Counted from the first letter of the stretch, positions 10,523-20,257 are shown. The stretch is 64,000 nt of DNA from an uncultured Verrucomicrobiae bacterium (GCA_963764165.1 CAVXRD010000002.1:960001-1024000); one strand, 5' to 3'. Made by a program: numbers and translations. The notes: generated by a model from the sequence alone, not told the origin.

Positions 10523-11623
10523 ATGGCGCCCAAGAAAAAACGCTCACGCTGGCGGGCTTGCCTTTGGCTTTGCGCCTGCGCGGCTACCATCCTCGCATTG
10601 TCCGGGTGCCAATCGGTTCGCTTTTACAGCCAGGCCGCCGCAGGTCAATACGAAATTCTCGCCCACCAAAAATTGGTGGCCGATCTGCTTGCGGATCCCG
10701 CCACCGATCCAAAGCTCAAAGCGAAGCTGGAGCTTGTCAATCGAATACGCAAGTTTGCCGCCGAGGAACTCAAATTGCCGGCCGAGAAAAGCTACCTCAA
10801 ATACGTTGACCTGCATCGGCCGTATGTCGTTTGGAACGTCAATGTCGCCCCGCCGCTGTCGCTGGAGCCGAAGACGTGGTGGTTCCCGATTGTGGGCCGC
10901 GTGAGCTATCGCGGTTATTTCAGCGAGAAAGCCGCGCATGATTACGCCAGCATCTGGGAAAAAAAAGGATGGGACACATTCGTCGGAGACGTGCCGACTT
11001 ACTCGACGCTCGGCTGGTTCCGCGATCCGCTGCTGAACACGTTTGTGTTCGAGCCGGAGGCCGAACTGGCCGACACGATTTTTCACGAGCTGACGCACCA
11101 GCGCCTTTTCGTTTCCGGCGACACCGATTTCAACGAAGCCCTCGCCACGATGGTGGCTGACGAGGGCGTGCGGCGATGGTTCAATGCCGCCTCGAATTCG
11201 GAATCGTACGCCTCCTTCAAGAAAGACACGGCGCAGAGTCATGAATTTGTGAAAGTCGTCATGTCGATGCGCTCCAAATTGCAGAAATTATACGCCGATG
11301 CCCACCTTTCCGAACAGGCCCGGCTGCGGCGCAAAACGGAAATCGTGGAGGAGACCCGCGCGGATTATGCCAGGCTCAAGGAAAAGTGGGGCGTCAAGAA
11401 ATCCGGTTACGACGGCTGGTTCGCCGAGCCGCTGAACAACGCGCAGATCAACACCGTCGCCGCGTATTACGACTTCGTCCCCGCGTTTCAAGCCGTGCTC
11501 CACGCCAAAAACGGAGACCTTGAAAAATTTTTCGCCGATGTGACGGCGCTTTCCAAATTGCCGATGGCGCAACGGCATGAGGCGCTCAACGCCTACCTCG
11601 CTCCAAGACAAAATAATCCATGA
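10523..11623 (+). CDS. Predicted zinc aminopeptidase lipoprotein (DUF2265-like)
   Basis: Lipobox LSGC; WWFPIVGRVSYRGYF, YSTLGWFRDP, HELTH (HExxH) and FNE. Confidence 0.85.
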   Translation: MAPKKKRSRWRACLWLCACAATILALSGCQSVRFYSQAAAGQYEILAHQKLVADLLADPATDPKLKAKLELVNRIRKFAAEELKLPAEKSYLKYVDLHRPYVVWNVNVAPPLSLEPKTWWFPIVGRVSYRGYFSEKAAHDYASIWEKKGWDTFVGDVPTYSTLGWFRDPLLNTFVFEPEAELADTIFHELTHQRLFVSGDTDFNEALATMVADEGVRRWFNAASNSESYASFKKDTAQSHEFVKVVMSMRSKLQKLYADAHLSEQARLRRKTEIVEETRADYARLKEKWGVKKSGYDGWFAEPLNNAQINTVAAYYDFVPAFQAVLHAKNGDLEKFFADVTALSKLPMAQRHEALNAYLAPRQNNP

Positions 11624-12330
11624 AAACAAACTCCTATTCGCAAAAACTCAGCGCGCTCGCTTTCGTATTTTTCCTGTCAATTACACTCATTCTGCCGCTT
11701 CGCGCGGACGTTTTATATTTGACACCAGGCAAAACCGATGCCGCGGCCGTGCTTCCGGAGCCGCCCTCCGCGGATTCGGAAGAGCAGGCCGCGGAAATGC
11801 GGATGGTGCGCGAGCTTTACAAGGCGCGCACGGATGCTCAAACCGCGCGGGCTAAAGCAGACGCGAAATTGGATCTGTTTTATTTCGCCGGCGTGATTGG
11901 AACAAATTTCGCGCACGGCAAGTATCCCAAAACGGAAGCCTTGTTCGACGAAATTCGCAAGGAGGTGCGCGCGCCCGTCAGCGACGCCAAGAAACATTGG
12001 ATGCGCAAGCGTCCGAATCAACTGGACGCGAGTTTGCTTTTCGACAAGCCGGAAAATACCGCCAGTTATCCCAGCGGACACTCGACTTACGGGACGATAG
12101 AGGCGCTCATCCTTGCCGAGATTTATCCGGAAAAGCGCGAGGCGATTTTGGAGATCGGCCGGCAGATCGGATGGGATCGCGTCATGACCGGATATCATTA
12201 TCTGTCGGACGTGGAGGCGGGCCGCGTTTACGGCCAGGCCCTTGTGAACGAAATGAAGACGAGCCCATCGTTCCAGAAAGATTTGGCAGCAGCCAAGGAA
12301 GAGATCGAAGCCACGAAAGCAGCGAAGTAA
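11620..12330 (+). CDS. Secreted class A non-specific acid phosphatase (PAP2 family)
   Basis: Signal peptide; KKHWMRKRP, SYPSGH, RVMTGYHYLSD PAP2 motifs; ATGA overlap with upstream gene. Confidence 0.9.
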   Translation: MKTNSYSQKLSALAFVFFLSITLILPLRADVLYLTPGKTDAAAVLPEPPSADSEEQAAEMRMVRELYKARTDAQTARAKADAKLDLFYFAGVIGTNFAHGKYPKTEALFDEIRKEVRAPVSDAKKHWMRKRPNQLDASLLFDKPENTASYPSGHSTYGTIEALILAEIYPEKREAILEIGRQIGWDRVMTGYHYLSDVEAGRVYGQALVNEMKTSPSFQKDLAAAKEEIEATKAAK

Positions 12331-12341
12331 AGACTTTCGCG

Positions 12342-12582
12342 GGTAGGGACGCCTCGCCGAGGCGTCCGAGGCCGTGGCGTTTTCGAAAGCGTTCGGGCTT
12401 TCGTTAGCCCCCGGACGCCTCGGCGGAGATTGTCTCAAAACTACAAAATCCTCAAAGTGTGTCAATACTACGACTCTCTCATTTGCGATATGGCGCATTT
12501 TTATTTTCGGCGAGGGTGTTTTTGTGGTGCTTTTTAAAGCCGTTTTTGAGTTTTGAGACAGTCTCCGCGAGGCGTCCCTACC
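12342..12582. repeat. Inverted REP pair whose right copy is split by a MITE
   Basis: GGTAGGGACGCCTCGCCGAGGCGTCC at 12342; right copy halves ccccggacgcctcggc (12409-12424) and gcgaggcgtccctacc (12567-12582). Confidence 0.88.
12425..12566. mobile_element. 142-bp non-autonomous miniature inverted-repeat element (MITE)
   Basis: 18-bp TIRs GGAGATTGTCTCAAAACT / AGTTTTGAGACAGTCTCC (1 mismatch), flanking GC duplication, AT-rich interior, no transposase. Confidence 0.85.
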
Positions 12583-12628
12583 TTTGAAATGTGATTGAAA
12601 CTCCGCCAATCTGCCGCAAAATGTGGCC

Positions 12629-13192
12629 ATGAATAGTGTGATTACAGGGCCCGTTTTTGTGGTGCGCGACAATATCGACACCGACCAGATTATCTCAGCA
12701 CAATACCTGAACCTGGTGCCGACCATTCCCGACGAATACGAAAAGCTCGGCAGCTTCGCGCTGGCGGGTTTGCCGGATTCCCTGTATCCCACGCGCTTTG
12801 TCAAAGCGGGCCAGGTTGACAGCGATTATCCGATCGTCGTCGGCGGGCGCAATTTTGGCTGCGGCAGTTCGCGGGAGCACGCGCCCATCGCGCTCGGTTC
12901 AGCAGGCTGCCACATTGTTCTGGCCGAAAGTTTTGCCCGGATTTTCTTCCGCAATTCCGTCGCCACCGGTGAGCTTTATCCGTGCGAACTGACGGAGCGC
13001 CTTTGCGATGTTTTGAAAACCGGAGACGTCGTCACGGTCGATCTGGACAAGCTCTCGGTCACTGTCCAGGCGACGGGAAAAGTTTATTCCATCAAGGATC
13101 TCGGCGATGTCCGCCCGGTGGTGGATGCGGGCGGATTGTTCAACTACGCCCGAAAAACCGGAATGATGGCGCCCGCCGAGGCTGCTGTGTAA
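12629..13192 (+). CDS. leuD: 3-isopropylmalate dehydratase / homoaconitase small subunit
   Basis: DNIDTDQII, GRNFGCGSSREHAP, ESFARIFFRN. Confidence 0.88.
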   Translation: MNSVITGPVFVVRDNIDTDQIISAQYLNLVPTIPDEYEKLGSFALAGLPDSLYPTRFVKAGQVDSDYPIVVGGRNFGCGSSREHAPIALGSAGCHIVLAESFARIFFRNSVATGELYPCELTERLCDVLKTGDVVTVDLDKLSVTVQATGKVYSIKDLGDVRPVVDAGGLFNYARKTGMMAPAEAAV

Positions 13193-13200
13193 TTGACGCT

Positions 13201-14139
13201 TTATTTCCTGGCTGTCGGGGCGTTCGTGGAACGGGTCGGCACCGAGACATTTCCAATTTCGATTCGCCCCGCGGGATTGATGAACCACTCTTCCCTTCGA
13301 TTGCGGCGGGCTTCGATCAGGTTGCGGAAAGCCTGCGTGTCGGTCCGCATGATTTCCAAATCCGTTCGCTCGGCCATCGGAACATCGGCAGCGAGGCGAA
13401 TGGATTTGATGGGGGTGTTCTGTTCCGGCTTCTCGTAAAATCCGAGCGCCGCCGTGCCGCGCGGCAGCGAGGAAAGCAGTTCCATCCCTTTCACCACCCG
13501 GCCAAGCAGCGTCACGTTCCGATCCAAGTGCCGGGGCGCGTGGCCTATCACGACGTATAATTCCGTCCCGCCGCCGCTGTCAGCCGCGTTGTCGCGCCCC
13601 GCGCCGACCATTCCGTAAGTGTGAACCAGCCACATCTTTTTCGACTTCGGATCGCGCGCCACCGGGAAGCCGCCGGAGAAGCCAACTTCCGGCGCGTAAA
13701 CATCTTTGTCAGGCAACGGAGTGAACGGGAGATTTGGATCAAGGGCGCGGTCGAATTCGGCGGGAAGGGTTTTCTTCGCATGCTCGATTTTGCGCGCCAA
13801 CTCGGGTTTTTCGGAGTTGGGATCGGCCCATTGCACGACGTAATTATCCTGGCAGCGAACAATGGCCAGCCCGTCGAAGTAATGCTCCTTCACGAGCGCC
13901 TTGACGTTGGCGACGTGGTTGGGAGCGAACTCGGGCGCGAGTTCCATCACCACACGTCCCGTGGCGAGTTCAAGGTAAAGCGTATTTTCCGGATCGAGCG
14001 ACCGCCAATCGGACGGCTTCGACGACGAAATGATGTCGGCCGTCACTGGTGGATACGTTTTGGGTGGAGGCGTGCAGCCTGTTAGTTGAAAAACCGCCAC
14101 GCACGCCACGAGAATCAGCGAATGGAACCGCATTTTCAT
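13201..14139 (-). CDS. Cyclophilin-type peptidyl-prolyl isomerase lipoprotein
   Basis: Lipobox LTGC; ELAPEFAPNHVAN, RCQDNYVVQWAD, PRHLDRNVTLLGRVVKGME. Confidence 0.88.
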   Translation of the reverse strand: MKMRFHSLILVACVAVFQLTGCTPPPKTYPPVTADIISSSKPSDWRSLDPENTLYLELATGRVVMELAPEFAPNHVANVKALVKEHYFDGLAIVRCQDNYVVQWADPNSEKPELARKIEHAKKTLPAEFDRALDPNLPFTPLPDKDVYAPEVGFSGGFPVARDPKSKKMWLVHTYGMVGAGRDNAADSGGGTELYVVIGHAPRHLDRNVTLLGRVVKGMELLSSLPRGTAALGFYEKPEQNTPIKSIRLAADVPMAERTDLEIMRTDTQAFRNLIEARRNRREEWFINPAGRIEIGNVSVPTRSTNAPTARK

Positions 14140-14148
14140 GGCCGCATT

Positions 14149-15654
14149 CTACGTATATCCCAAAGCTCGGCAATAAGGTTCCAAAAGTGGCTGGATCGGC
14201 GCCAGGTGTTTTTCATAGGCGCGCCAGCGGGCCACCGAGCGTTTGTAGACTGGCTGCGTTACGTCGCGATAGGTCGGCGAATAAAGCTGGCGCGATTGAT
14301 TCGCCTCGTAAAATTTCTCCTGCGCCGGATTCCACGCCAGCCCCAGAAATTCCGTCACGCGGCGGCCCTCGCCGGGCATGTCGGCCACAATGTCTTCGTA
14401 GCGCGTTTCCAGCCAAGCAAAACCCTGCCATTCGCGGACAGCGAGCCAGGTGCCCATCAAGTCCGAATAATGTTTGGCCAGCCGCTCCAAAGTGAGGAAA
14501 TTCACGTTGGTGGAATTGAGCGGAATGTTCTGGAAATAACAACTCAGCACGACGTCGCGCGGGTCGCGCAATGCGATCAACACTTTCGATTCCGGAAAGA
14601 CGCGGAGCCACACCGGCAGGCGGGCGGTGGGCGAGGGATTCTTGTCAATCAACATTTTGCCGCGCGCTTCCGGCAGAAGATCGTCCTGCAGCGCCTTGAT
14701 GTATTGCCGTCGCAGCGAATTGACGCGCGCGCTGGACAGATCCTTCGACTTGTGAAATTCGGGCTGCAGCACTTCAAGAAACGCGGCGGGTTCATCGAGC
14801 GCGGCGGTATCCGGATGCGCGTCAAGAATGCGTTCGAGAAGGGTCGTGCCGCTGCGGGGATGTCCGCCCAGGAAGGCCAGCGGCGGAATCGCCTCGCGTT
14901 TGTGCGCCGGAAAGTATTTGCACCAGGTTTCCAAAATATTCTTCGGCTGGGCCGCGATGAAACGGCGGATGCTTTCCGCGCCTTGATCGTAACTGCGCAT
15001 CAGCAAATCGGTGTTCGTCAAAGCGACCACGATCTCCTTGGCCTCCTTCAGCAGCGCCATCGCCTCGTCGAAACGGCCGCTGGCATCAAGCAACTGGGCG
15101 AGTTCGTAACGCGTGGCATAACGGACAAACGGATGACGAATTTCGGCGTCCAGCAAATCGCGCAACCCGGATTCGGCAGCGTCGTTCTGCCCTTCGCGCC
15201 GATCAAGCACCGCCTTGAAATAACGGGCTTGCTCGTCGCGCGGATCAATGGCGAGGCATTCGTTGACAGCCTCGCGCGCCTCCGCGAGCCGATGGTTCTT
15301 TTCCAACGACACCGCCAGGCTGATGCGCGGGTTGATGCCGCGCGGGTCGGCCGCCGCCGCTCTGATAAAACAGGCTCGCGCCTTGTCCGGTTTGCGGGTG
15401 GCTTCGTATTGATGGCCGATCAGGCCGAGAAGCTCGGCGTTGCGCGGCTCGGCCTCGACGGCGCAGGTCCAGGCGCGATCCGCCTTCTCGAGATGGCGGG
15501 TCTTGAGAGCAGCATTGCCAAGCTCATACCAAATTGCCCCCAAATGCGGATAGCGCAGAGCGAGCTTTTCATAAATCGGCAGCGCCCGCGCAAAATCCCC
15601 GTGGCTTAGAAATTCACGGGCGCGCAAAAGATCGTTTTGGCTAGAGGCCAGCAT
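14149..15654 (-). CDS. TPR-containing sulfotransferase family protein
   Basis: N-terminal TPRs; PAPS-binding GGHPRSGTTLLE, DKNP, RDPRDVVLSCY, RYEDIV. Confidence 0.9.
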   Translation of the reverse strand: MLASSQNDLLRAREFLSHGDFARALPIYEKLALRYPHLGAIWYELGNAALKTRHLEKADRAWTCAVEAEPRNAELLGLIGHQYEATRKPDKARACFIRAAAADPRGINPRISLAVSLEKNHRLAEAREAVNECLAIDPRDEQARYFKAVLDRREGQNDAAESGLRDLLDAEIRHPFVRYATRYELAQLLDASGRFDEAMALLKEAKEIVVALTNTDLLMRSYDQGAESIRRFIAAQPKNILETWCKYFPAHKREAIPPLAFLGGHPRSGTTLLERILDAHPDTAALDEPAAFLEVLQPEFHKSKDLSSARVNSLRRQYIKALQDDLLPEARGKMLIDKNPSPTARLPVWLRVFPESKVLIALRDPRDVVLSCYFQNIPLNSTNVNFLTLERLAKHYSDLMGTWLAVREWQGFAWLETRYEDIVADMPGEGRRVTEFLGLAWNPAQEKFYEANQSRQLYSPTYRDVTQPVYKRSVARWRAYEKHLAPIQPLLEPYCRALGYT

Positions 15655-15703
15655 GGAGGCATTCGCAGAATGAGGTCACGCAGCCCCGGAAACAAGAATT
15701 GAC

Positions 15704-15830
15704 TGGCCACAGATTGACACAGATGAAACACAGATTTCTAAAGAGCCAATACCCTGCCAAGCCATGCCCGCTTGTACCGGCTTTTCCAGCTTTGAATTTA
15801 TCTGTGTTGATCTGTGTCAATCTGTGGCCA
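15704..15830. repeat. Inverted pair of 10-bp-periodic ACACAGAT repeats (REP-like)
   Basis: tggccacagattgacacagatgaaacacagat (15704-15735) and atctgtgttgatctgtgtcaatctgtggcca (15800-15830). Confidence 0.85.
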
Positions 15831-15840
15831 ACTCGTCCGG

Positions 15841-16320
15841 TCATTTGCAGGCCTCAAGCAGCGCGGATTGAAAATGGCCGGCGAGATGCATGGCTTGCAC
15901 GTCGCGCGGATTCATTTTGGGGCCAGGCTCGGCGGCCTGTTTCTCCAAGTCGGGGCAGCCCAGTTTCACCCAGCTTCCGACCCGGATGTCATTCAGCACT
16001 TGAAGCAGCCATTCCAATTGCATCCCGGAAAGCACCAGCCGCCGTTCGCCCGCGGCCTCCTTGAAATATCGAGTCGGATTGCGGAACAATTCCTCGAGCT
16101 TTTTCCGATGCGCCATGCGCTGTTGGGAAATCGATTCCTCGAGCAATTGCTGCTCTCCTCCCTTCGTGAGATTTGGATCCTTGCTAAGGCGGTAGTGGCT
16201 CGATTCCAAGACGGGATACAAATGCAAAATCGCCAGCAGCAACGCTTCCTCGCGCGCGTCCATCTGAAAAGTCAGGGATCGATCAGGCGTTTCTTTGCGG
16301 AAGCCGGGCAAATACTTCAT
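15841..16320 (-). CDS. Hypothetical protein, DUF2017-like (ClpS-associated)
   Basis: WLLQVLNDIRV resembles the DUF2017 WLxxLNDxR motif; ATGA coupling to clpS. Confidence 0.65.
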   Translation of the reverse strand: MKYLPGFRKETPDRSLTFQMDAREEALLLAILHLYPVLESSHYRLSKDPNLTKGGEQQLLEESISQQRMAHRKKLEELFRNPTRYFKEAAGERRLVLSGMQLEWLLQVLNDIRVGSWVKLGCPDLEKQAAEPGPKMNPRDVQAMHLAGHFQSALLEACK

Positions 16321-16625
16321 TCCTCGCGCTCCATGGTGGCGTGCAAGCCATAACCTTGCAGTTGGTGGACATAATGCTCGGCCTTCTCGAAAGTTTCGCG
16401 CACCAGGAGGCTCTTGCCGGTTTCGTGAACTTGCATCATGTGTTTTTCCGCGCGCGGCCGGAGCCAGCCGAACACCGACTGAAAAACGTGGGTGACATAT
16501 TCCATCAGGTTCACCGGGTCATTCCAACAGATGACGAGATACCCTCGATCAAGCCCCTCTTTCGACTTGGTCTCCTGCTCTTTATCTGTGTCCGGCACCG
16601 TGGCCGCGGCCGATGCTTCTGCCAT
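16317..16625 (-). CDS. clpS: ATP-dependent Clp protease adaptor ClpS
   Basis: VICWNDPVNLMEYVTHVFQSVFG, MMQVHETGKS, YGLHATME. Confidence 0.93.
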   Translation of the reverse strand: MAEASAAATVPDTDKEQETKSKEGLDRGYLVICWNDPVNLMEYVTHVFQSVFGWLRPRAEKHMMQVHETGKSLLVRETFEKAEHYVHQLQGYGLHATMEREE

Positions 16626-16915
16626 GCAAGGAATCATAGCGGCTTTGATGGTTCCGCGCCAGACCGGAAAAGGAGCTTTTGACCCGGTCGCGCACCCGAT
16701 TAATCTTTCAGGAAAAACCCCACTTGGTAAGCACCCGGCAAGCTGCCACATTTATGCGGGAGTTATTATTATGAGGAATGCCATAGAACAACGAACGAGC
16801 ATGGCCGAAAAGATCGAATTCGCCGTCGCCCTCCTTTTGGGCGCCATGATGGGTTGGGCAATGCTGGCCTGACGCTTGCTCAGATTGTCAAAGGACGATC
16901 CCGTATCCAGTGCGC

Positions 16916-18619
16916 TCAACCTGGCGGAGCGGAGGCATTTGGAGTTTGCTGTTTGCGAATGTTTGCGGAAAGCAGCACTTCGCCAGAGGGAACGTTGGGA
17001 GCAAGATGCATGACTTTCTGGGCAAAGCTCAGATCATTGTTCATCATCACAATGTGCTCGCATTGGTCCCCGCGCACGTCGAGGAACGTTTTGGCATCCG
17101 GCGGCGCCGTGCAGCTTCGGAGCGTCACTTCCTTGGATTGAATTATTTTCACGGTCGGCTGAAGGCCGGCTATGGCGGTGCATCGCATTTCCATAAATTC
17201 CACGCCGCGCACGTCTTCCATCATCACCGCCGGCCGCTCTTCCAGCGGTGAAAATCGAAAATCGATATCCTTTACCCGCAGGCCCCTTACGTGGCGCGCG
17301 TAAAGCCCCGCCGCCGGAAGCCGCCCAAACATGCGCGCCTCCGGGGACCCTTGGGGCGCTTCTGGAATGGACCGCCCCACCCACTCCGCCTTGCCCGCTT
17401 CCTGGCTGTCAATGCGAATTCCAGAAAGCGTAACGTCCTCCACGTTGTATCCGGGCAGTCCGCAGATGGAGCTCGTGCACATGGATGCTGTCGCGTAAAT
17501 GTTTTCAATCATCACGCCGCGCAATGTTCCGGCGCTGCCATCAGGCCGTTCTTTGCGCAATCCGCGCCGGATGAAAATCGGCGTTCGCGTTCGCTGCATG
17601 CGAATGTTGGAAATCAGCACCCCGTCGATCCATCCACCTTCAACCACTTCCAGTGCTATGCCGGCCACAACGCGCGCGGGAAGAGGAACTTCGTCATTGA
17701 AAATCACGGAATTGCTGAAGGTGACGTTTTCAAAACCGCCCCGTGTGGCGCCGCCAAATTTGAAGCCGTCGCCGCAGCATGAGAGCACACAATTTGTCAC
17801 TGTTATGTTCCGCGAAACCGCCACTTCCTCGCTGTAAGGATTTTCGCTCTTGAGGCAAATCGCGTCGTCACCCGTGTCAATCATGCAATCAGAAATAAAC
17901 ACGTTCTGGCTGCACGTCGGCGTGATGCCCGCCGTGCCTGGGCCAACGCCCGGATTTTTTATCGTGACGTGGTGGATGAAAACGCGATCGCACTGGATCG
18001 GACGGAGTGTCCAGCCGGGGGAATTTTCTATTCGGACATCCTCAATCCGAAGATGACGGCAATTGTAAAACTCCAGCAGCGGCGAAGCGCGCGGCAGCGG
18101 CTTCCAGTCGAACATTGCGACGTCCCGCCACGCCTCTTCTGGCGGAAGTGATTTGCGGAGGCTTGGCGTCCAAAACTTCCGGCCTTGCCCATCGATGCGG
18201 CCGGGGCCGGCGATGGTGATATTCTCGGCGTCGCGCGCGAAGATGAGATGTTTTTGACTGGAACCGGAATCCTGCTTCGCTACCGGGTTGGTTTCAAAGT
18301 CGTCAATGTTCGCGCTGGCCAGCAGCGTCGCTCCTGCTTCGAGATAAAAGGTGACGTTGCTTTGCAATTGAATCGTGCCGGAGAGATACGTTCCGGGCCC
18401 GAGGTAGACCGTCCCGCCGCCCGTTCCGTGGCACACGTTGACGGCCTGATTGATCGCTTTAGTGTCCAGCGTTTTGCCGTCGCCGAGCGCGCCGTAGGTG
18501 CGGACATCGAAGAGACGAAGTCCCGTGGTGGCGTCGGCGGCGGCTACTCTTGCCGCAGGCGCGATGGCCCCCGTGACGGCGAGCAGGCCGCTCATTTGGA
18601 GAAGTTGCCGTCGATTCAT
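16916..18619 (-). CDS. Tat-exported GH28-like beta-helix glycoside hydrolase (degenerate NTD motif)
   Basis: MNRRQLL Tat motif; FDVRTYGALGDGKTLDT, GTYLSGTI, TGDDAICLKS; GTAG where NTDG is expected. Confidence 0.85.
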   Translation of the reverse strand: MNRRQLLQMSGLLAVTGAIAPAARVAAADATTGLRLFDVRTYGALGDGKTLDTKAINQAVNVCHGTGGGTVYLGPGTYLSGTIQLQSNVTFYLEAGATLLASANIDDFETNPVAKQDSGSSQKHLIFARDAENITIAGPGRIDGQGRKFWTPSLRKSLPPEEAWRDVAMFDWKPLPRASPLLEFYNCRHLRIEDVRIENSPGWTLRPIQCDRVFIHHVTIKNPGVGPGTAGITPTCSQNVFISDCMIDTGDDAICLKSENPYSEEVAVSRNITVTNCVLSCCGDGFKFGGATRGGFENVTFSNSVIFNDEVPLPARVVAGIALEVVEGGWIDGVLISNIRMQRTRTPIFIRRGLRKERPDGSAGTLRGVMIENIYATASMCTSSICGLPGYNVEDVTLSGIRIDSQEAGKAEWVGRSIPEAPQGSPEARMFGRLPAAGLYARHVRGLRVKDIDFRFSPLEERPAVMMEDVRGVEFMEMRCTAIAGLQPTVKIIQSKEVTLRSCTAPPDAKTFLDVRGDQCEHIVMMNNDLSFAQKVMHLAPNVPSGEVLLSANIRKQQTPNASAPPG

Positions 18620-18633
18620 CGGTGCGGACCATT

Positions 18634-20031
18634 CTACCTTCGCGCTCCCAAAGTTGCCAGCAGTTTATCATGAATGCCACCGAAACCGCCGTTGCTGAAA
18701 ACGCAAATCACATCCCCTCCCGCCGCAGCCTGGCGAAGGTGCGCGACGATGGCGTCGGCGTCGGGCAAATAGAAAGCCGTCTTCCCCGCCGCCTGGATGT
18801 CCTTCATCAGCTTCTGGGGATCGAGCCGCTCCTCGGGCTTGAGCAATTCCAAGCGCGCAATCTGCGACACCAGCACGGCATCCGCGTCGCGGAACGAGTC
18901 GGCCAATTCCTGCTGGAAGACATTGCGGCGGGTCGTATTGGAGCGCGGCTCAAAGATGGCCCAGATGCGGTGATTGGCGTAACGCATGCGCAGGGCCTTC
19001 AACGTCTCGCGAATCGCCGTGGGATGATGGCCAAAATCGTCAATCACCGTGATGCCACCGGCGATGCCGCGCACCTCCATGCGCCGCTTGACGCCCTTGA
19101 ACGTGTCGAACGCCGATTGGATTTGTTTGTTTGACAACCCCGCATGCTTCGCGCACGCAATAACCGCCAGGGCGTTGCGCACGTTGATTTCGCCGACGAG
19201 ATTGAGATGAAATTTGAAACTGGGAATTTCAAATTCGCTGGCCGTCGGCCCAAAACGAAGATTGAAAGCTTGAATGCTGTTGTCCGCTCCGAGGCCGAAA
19301 CGCTTGATGGGGCAATGCGTCACATTCAGCAGCGGCGCGAGATTGGGATCGTCGCCATTGGCGAACAATTGGCCGTTCCGCGGAATGAGCGTGATCAACC
19401 GCTTGAACGCCGTTTGAATCGCGCCCAGATTCTCAAAAATATCCGCGTGATCAAATTCGAGATTGTTGATGATGACGACTTCGGGAAGGTAATGGACGAA
19501 TTTGCTGCGCTTGTCAAAAAACGCGGTGTCGTATTCGTCGCCTTCGAGAATGAACCATTGGCTGTCGGTGAATCGCGCGCCCTCGCCAAAATTATTGGCC
19601 AGCCCGCCGATGAGAAAACTTGGCCGCAAACCGTTGTGCTCAAAAACCCAGGCCAGCAGCGAGGTGGTGGTGGTTTTGCCATGCGTGCCCGAGACCACGA
19701 TGGAACGCTTGCCGCGAATAAAAAATTCCTTCAACAATTCGGGCAGCGAGCAGTAGCGGATTTTCCTTTCCAGCACCACTTCCGCCTCGGGATTGCCGCG
19801 CGAAATCGCATTGCCAATGACCACGAGGTCCGGCTTGCCGTTGAGATTAGCCTCTGCGTATCCCTGCATGACATCGACTTTTTTGGAGGCGAGGAAAGTG
19901 GACATCGGCGGGTAAACATTCTGGTCGGAGCCCGTGACCGTGTATCCCTTTTCGCGCATGGCCGCCGCGACCGCGGCCATCGCCGTTCCGCCGACCCCGA
20001 CGAAATGAACAGATTTAATTTCAGCGAACAT
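18634..20031 (-). CDS. mpl: Murein peptide ligase Mpl
   Basis: GSDQNVYPPMST, GTHGKTTT, EGDEYDTAFFDKRSKF, NNLEFDHADIF, DDFGHHPTAI, EPRSNT, FSNGGFGGIH. Confidence 0.93.
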   Translation of the reverse strand: MFAEIKSVHFVGVGGTAMAAVAAAMREKGYTVTGSDQNVYPPMSTFLASKKVDVMQGYAEANLNGKPDLVVIGNAISRGNPEAEVVLERKIRYCSLPELLKEFFIRGKRSIVVSGTHGKTTTTSLLAWVFEHNGLRPSFLIGGLANNFGEGARFTDSQWFILEGDEYDTAFFDKRSKFVHYLPEVVIINNLEFDHADIFENLGAIQTAFKRLITLIPRNGQLFANGDDPNLAPLLNVTHCPIKRFGLGADNSIQAFNLRFGPTASEFEIPSFKFHLNLVGEINVRNALAVIACAKHAGLSNKQIQSAFDTFKGVKRRMEVRGIAGGITVIDDFGHHPTAIRETLKALRMRYANHRIWAIFEPRSNTTRRNVFQQELADSFRDADAVLVSQIARLELLKPEERLDPQKLMKDIQAAGKTAFYLPDADAIVAHLRQAAAGGDVICVFSNGGFGGIHDKLLATLGARR

Positions 20032-20257
20032 GGCGACACATTATCCTGCCGCAGCCTTTCATTCAGTGATTTTTTCGCAAACAGGCGATAATTACCGGTT
20101 GCGTTCGGCAGGGCATGTGCTGGGAGCCATTTCGCAAGGCCAAGCGACAGCCGAGGGGTGAAATTGCATTTATGACATCGGAGTAAACTCCTTTATCGTC
20201 AAACCCCTTGCCGCCAAGCGATGACCGGAGTCGCCGTGTCAATGGCTTCAGCCAGCG

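Noticed and set aside
14086..15609. 507-aa + strand ORF (also 27760-29115, 1661-2680, 45432-46598 and similar long ORFs)
   Set aside because: Antisense shadows of well-supported genes in GC-rich DNA; no motifs
15704..15830. Short periodic repeats resembling a CRISPR array or iterons
   Set aside because: Only 2-3 ten-bp units per arm, inverted, no unique spacers, no cas or rep genes
18608..18622. Identical cgtcgattcatcgg also near 61679-61692
   Set aside because: Explained by both Tat proteins starting MNRR
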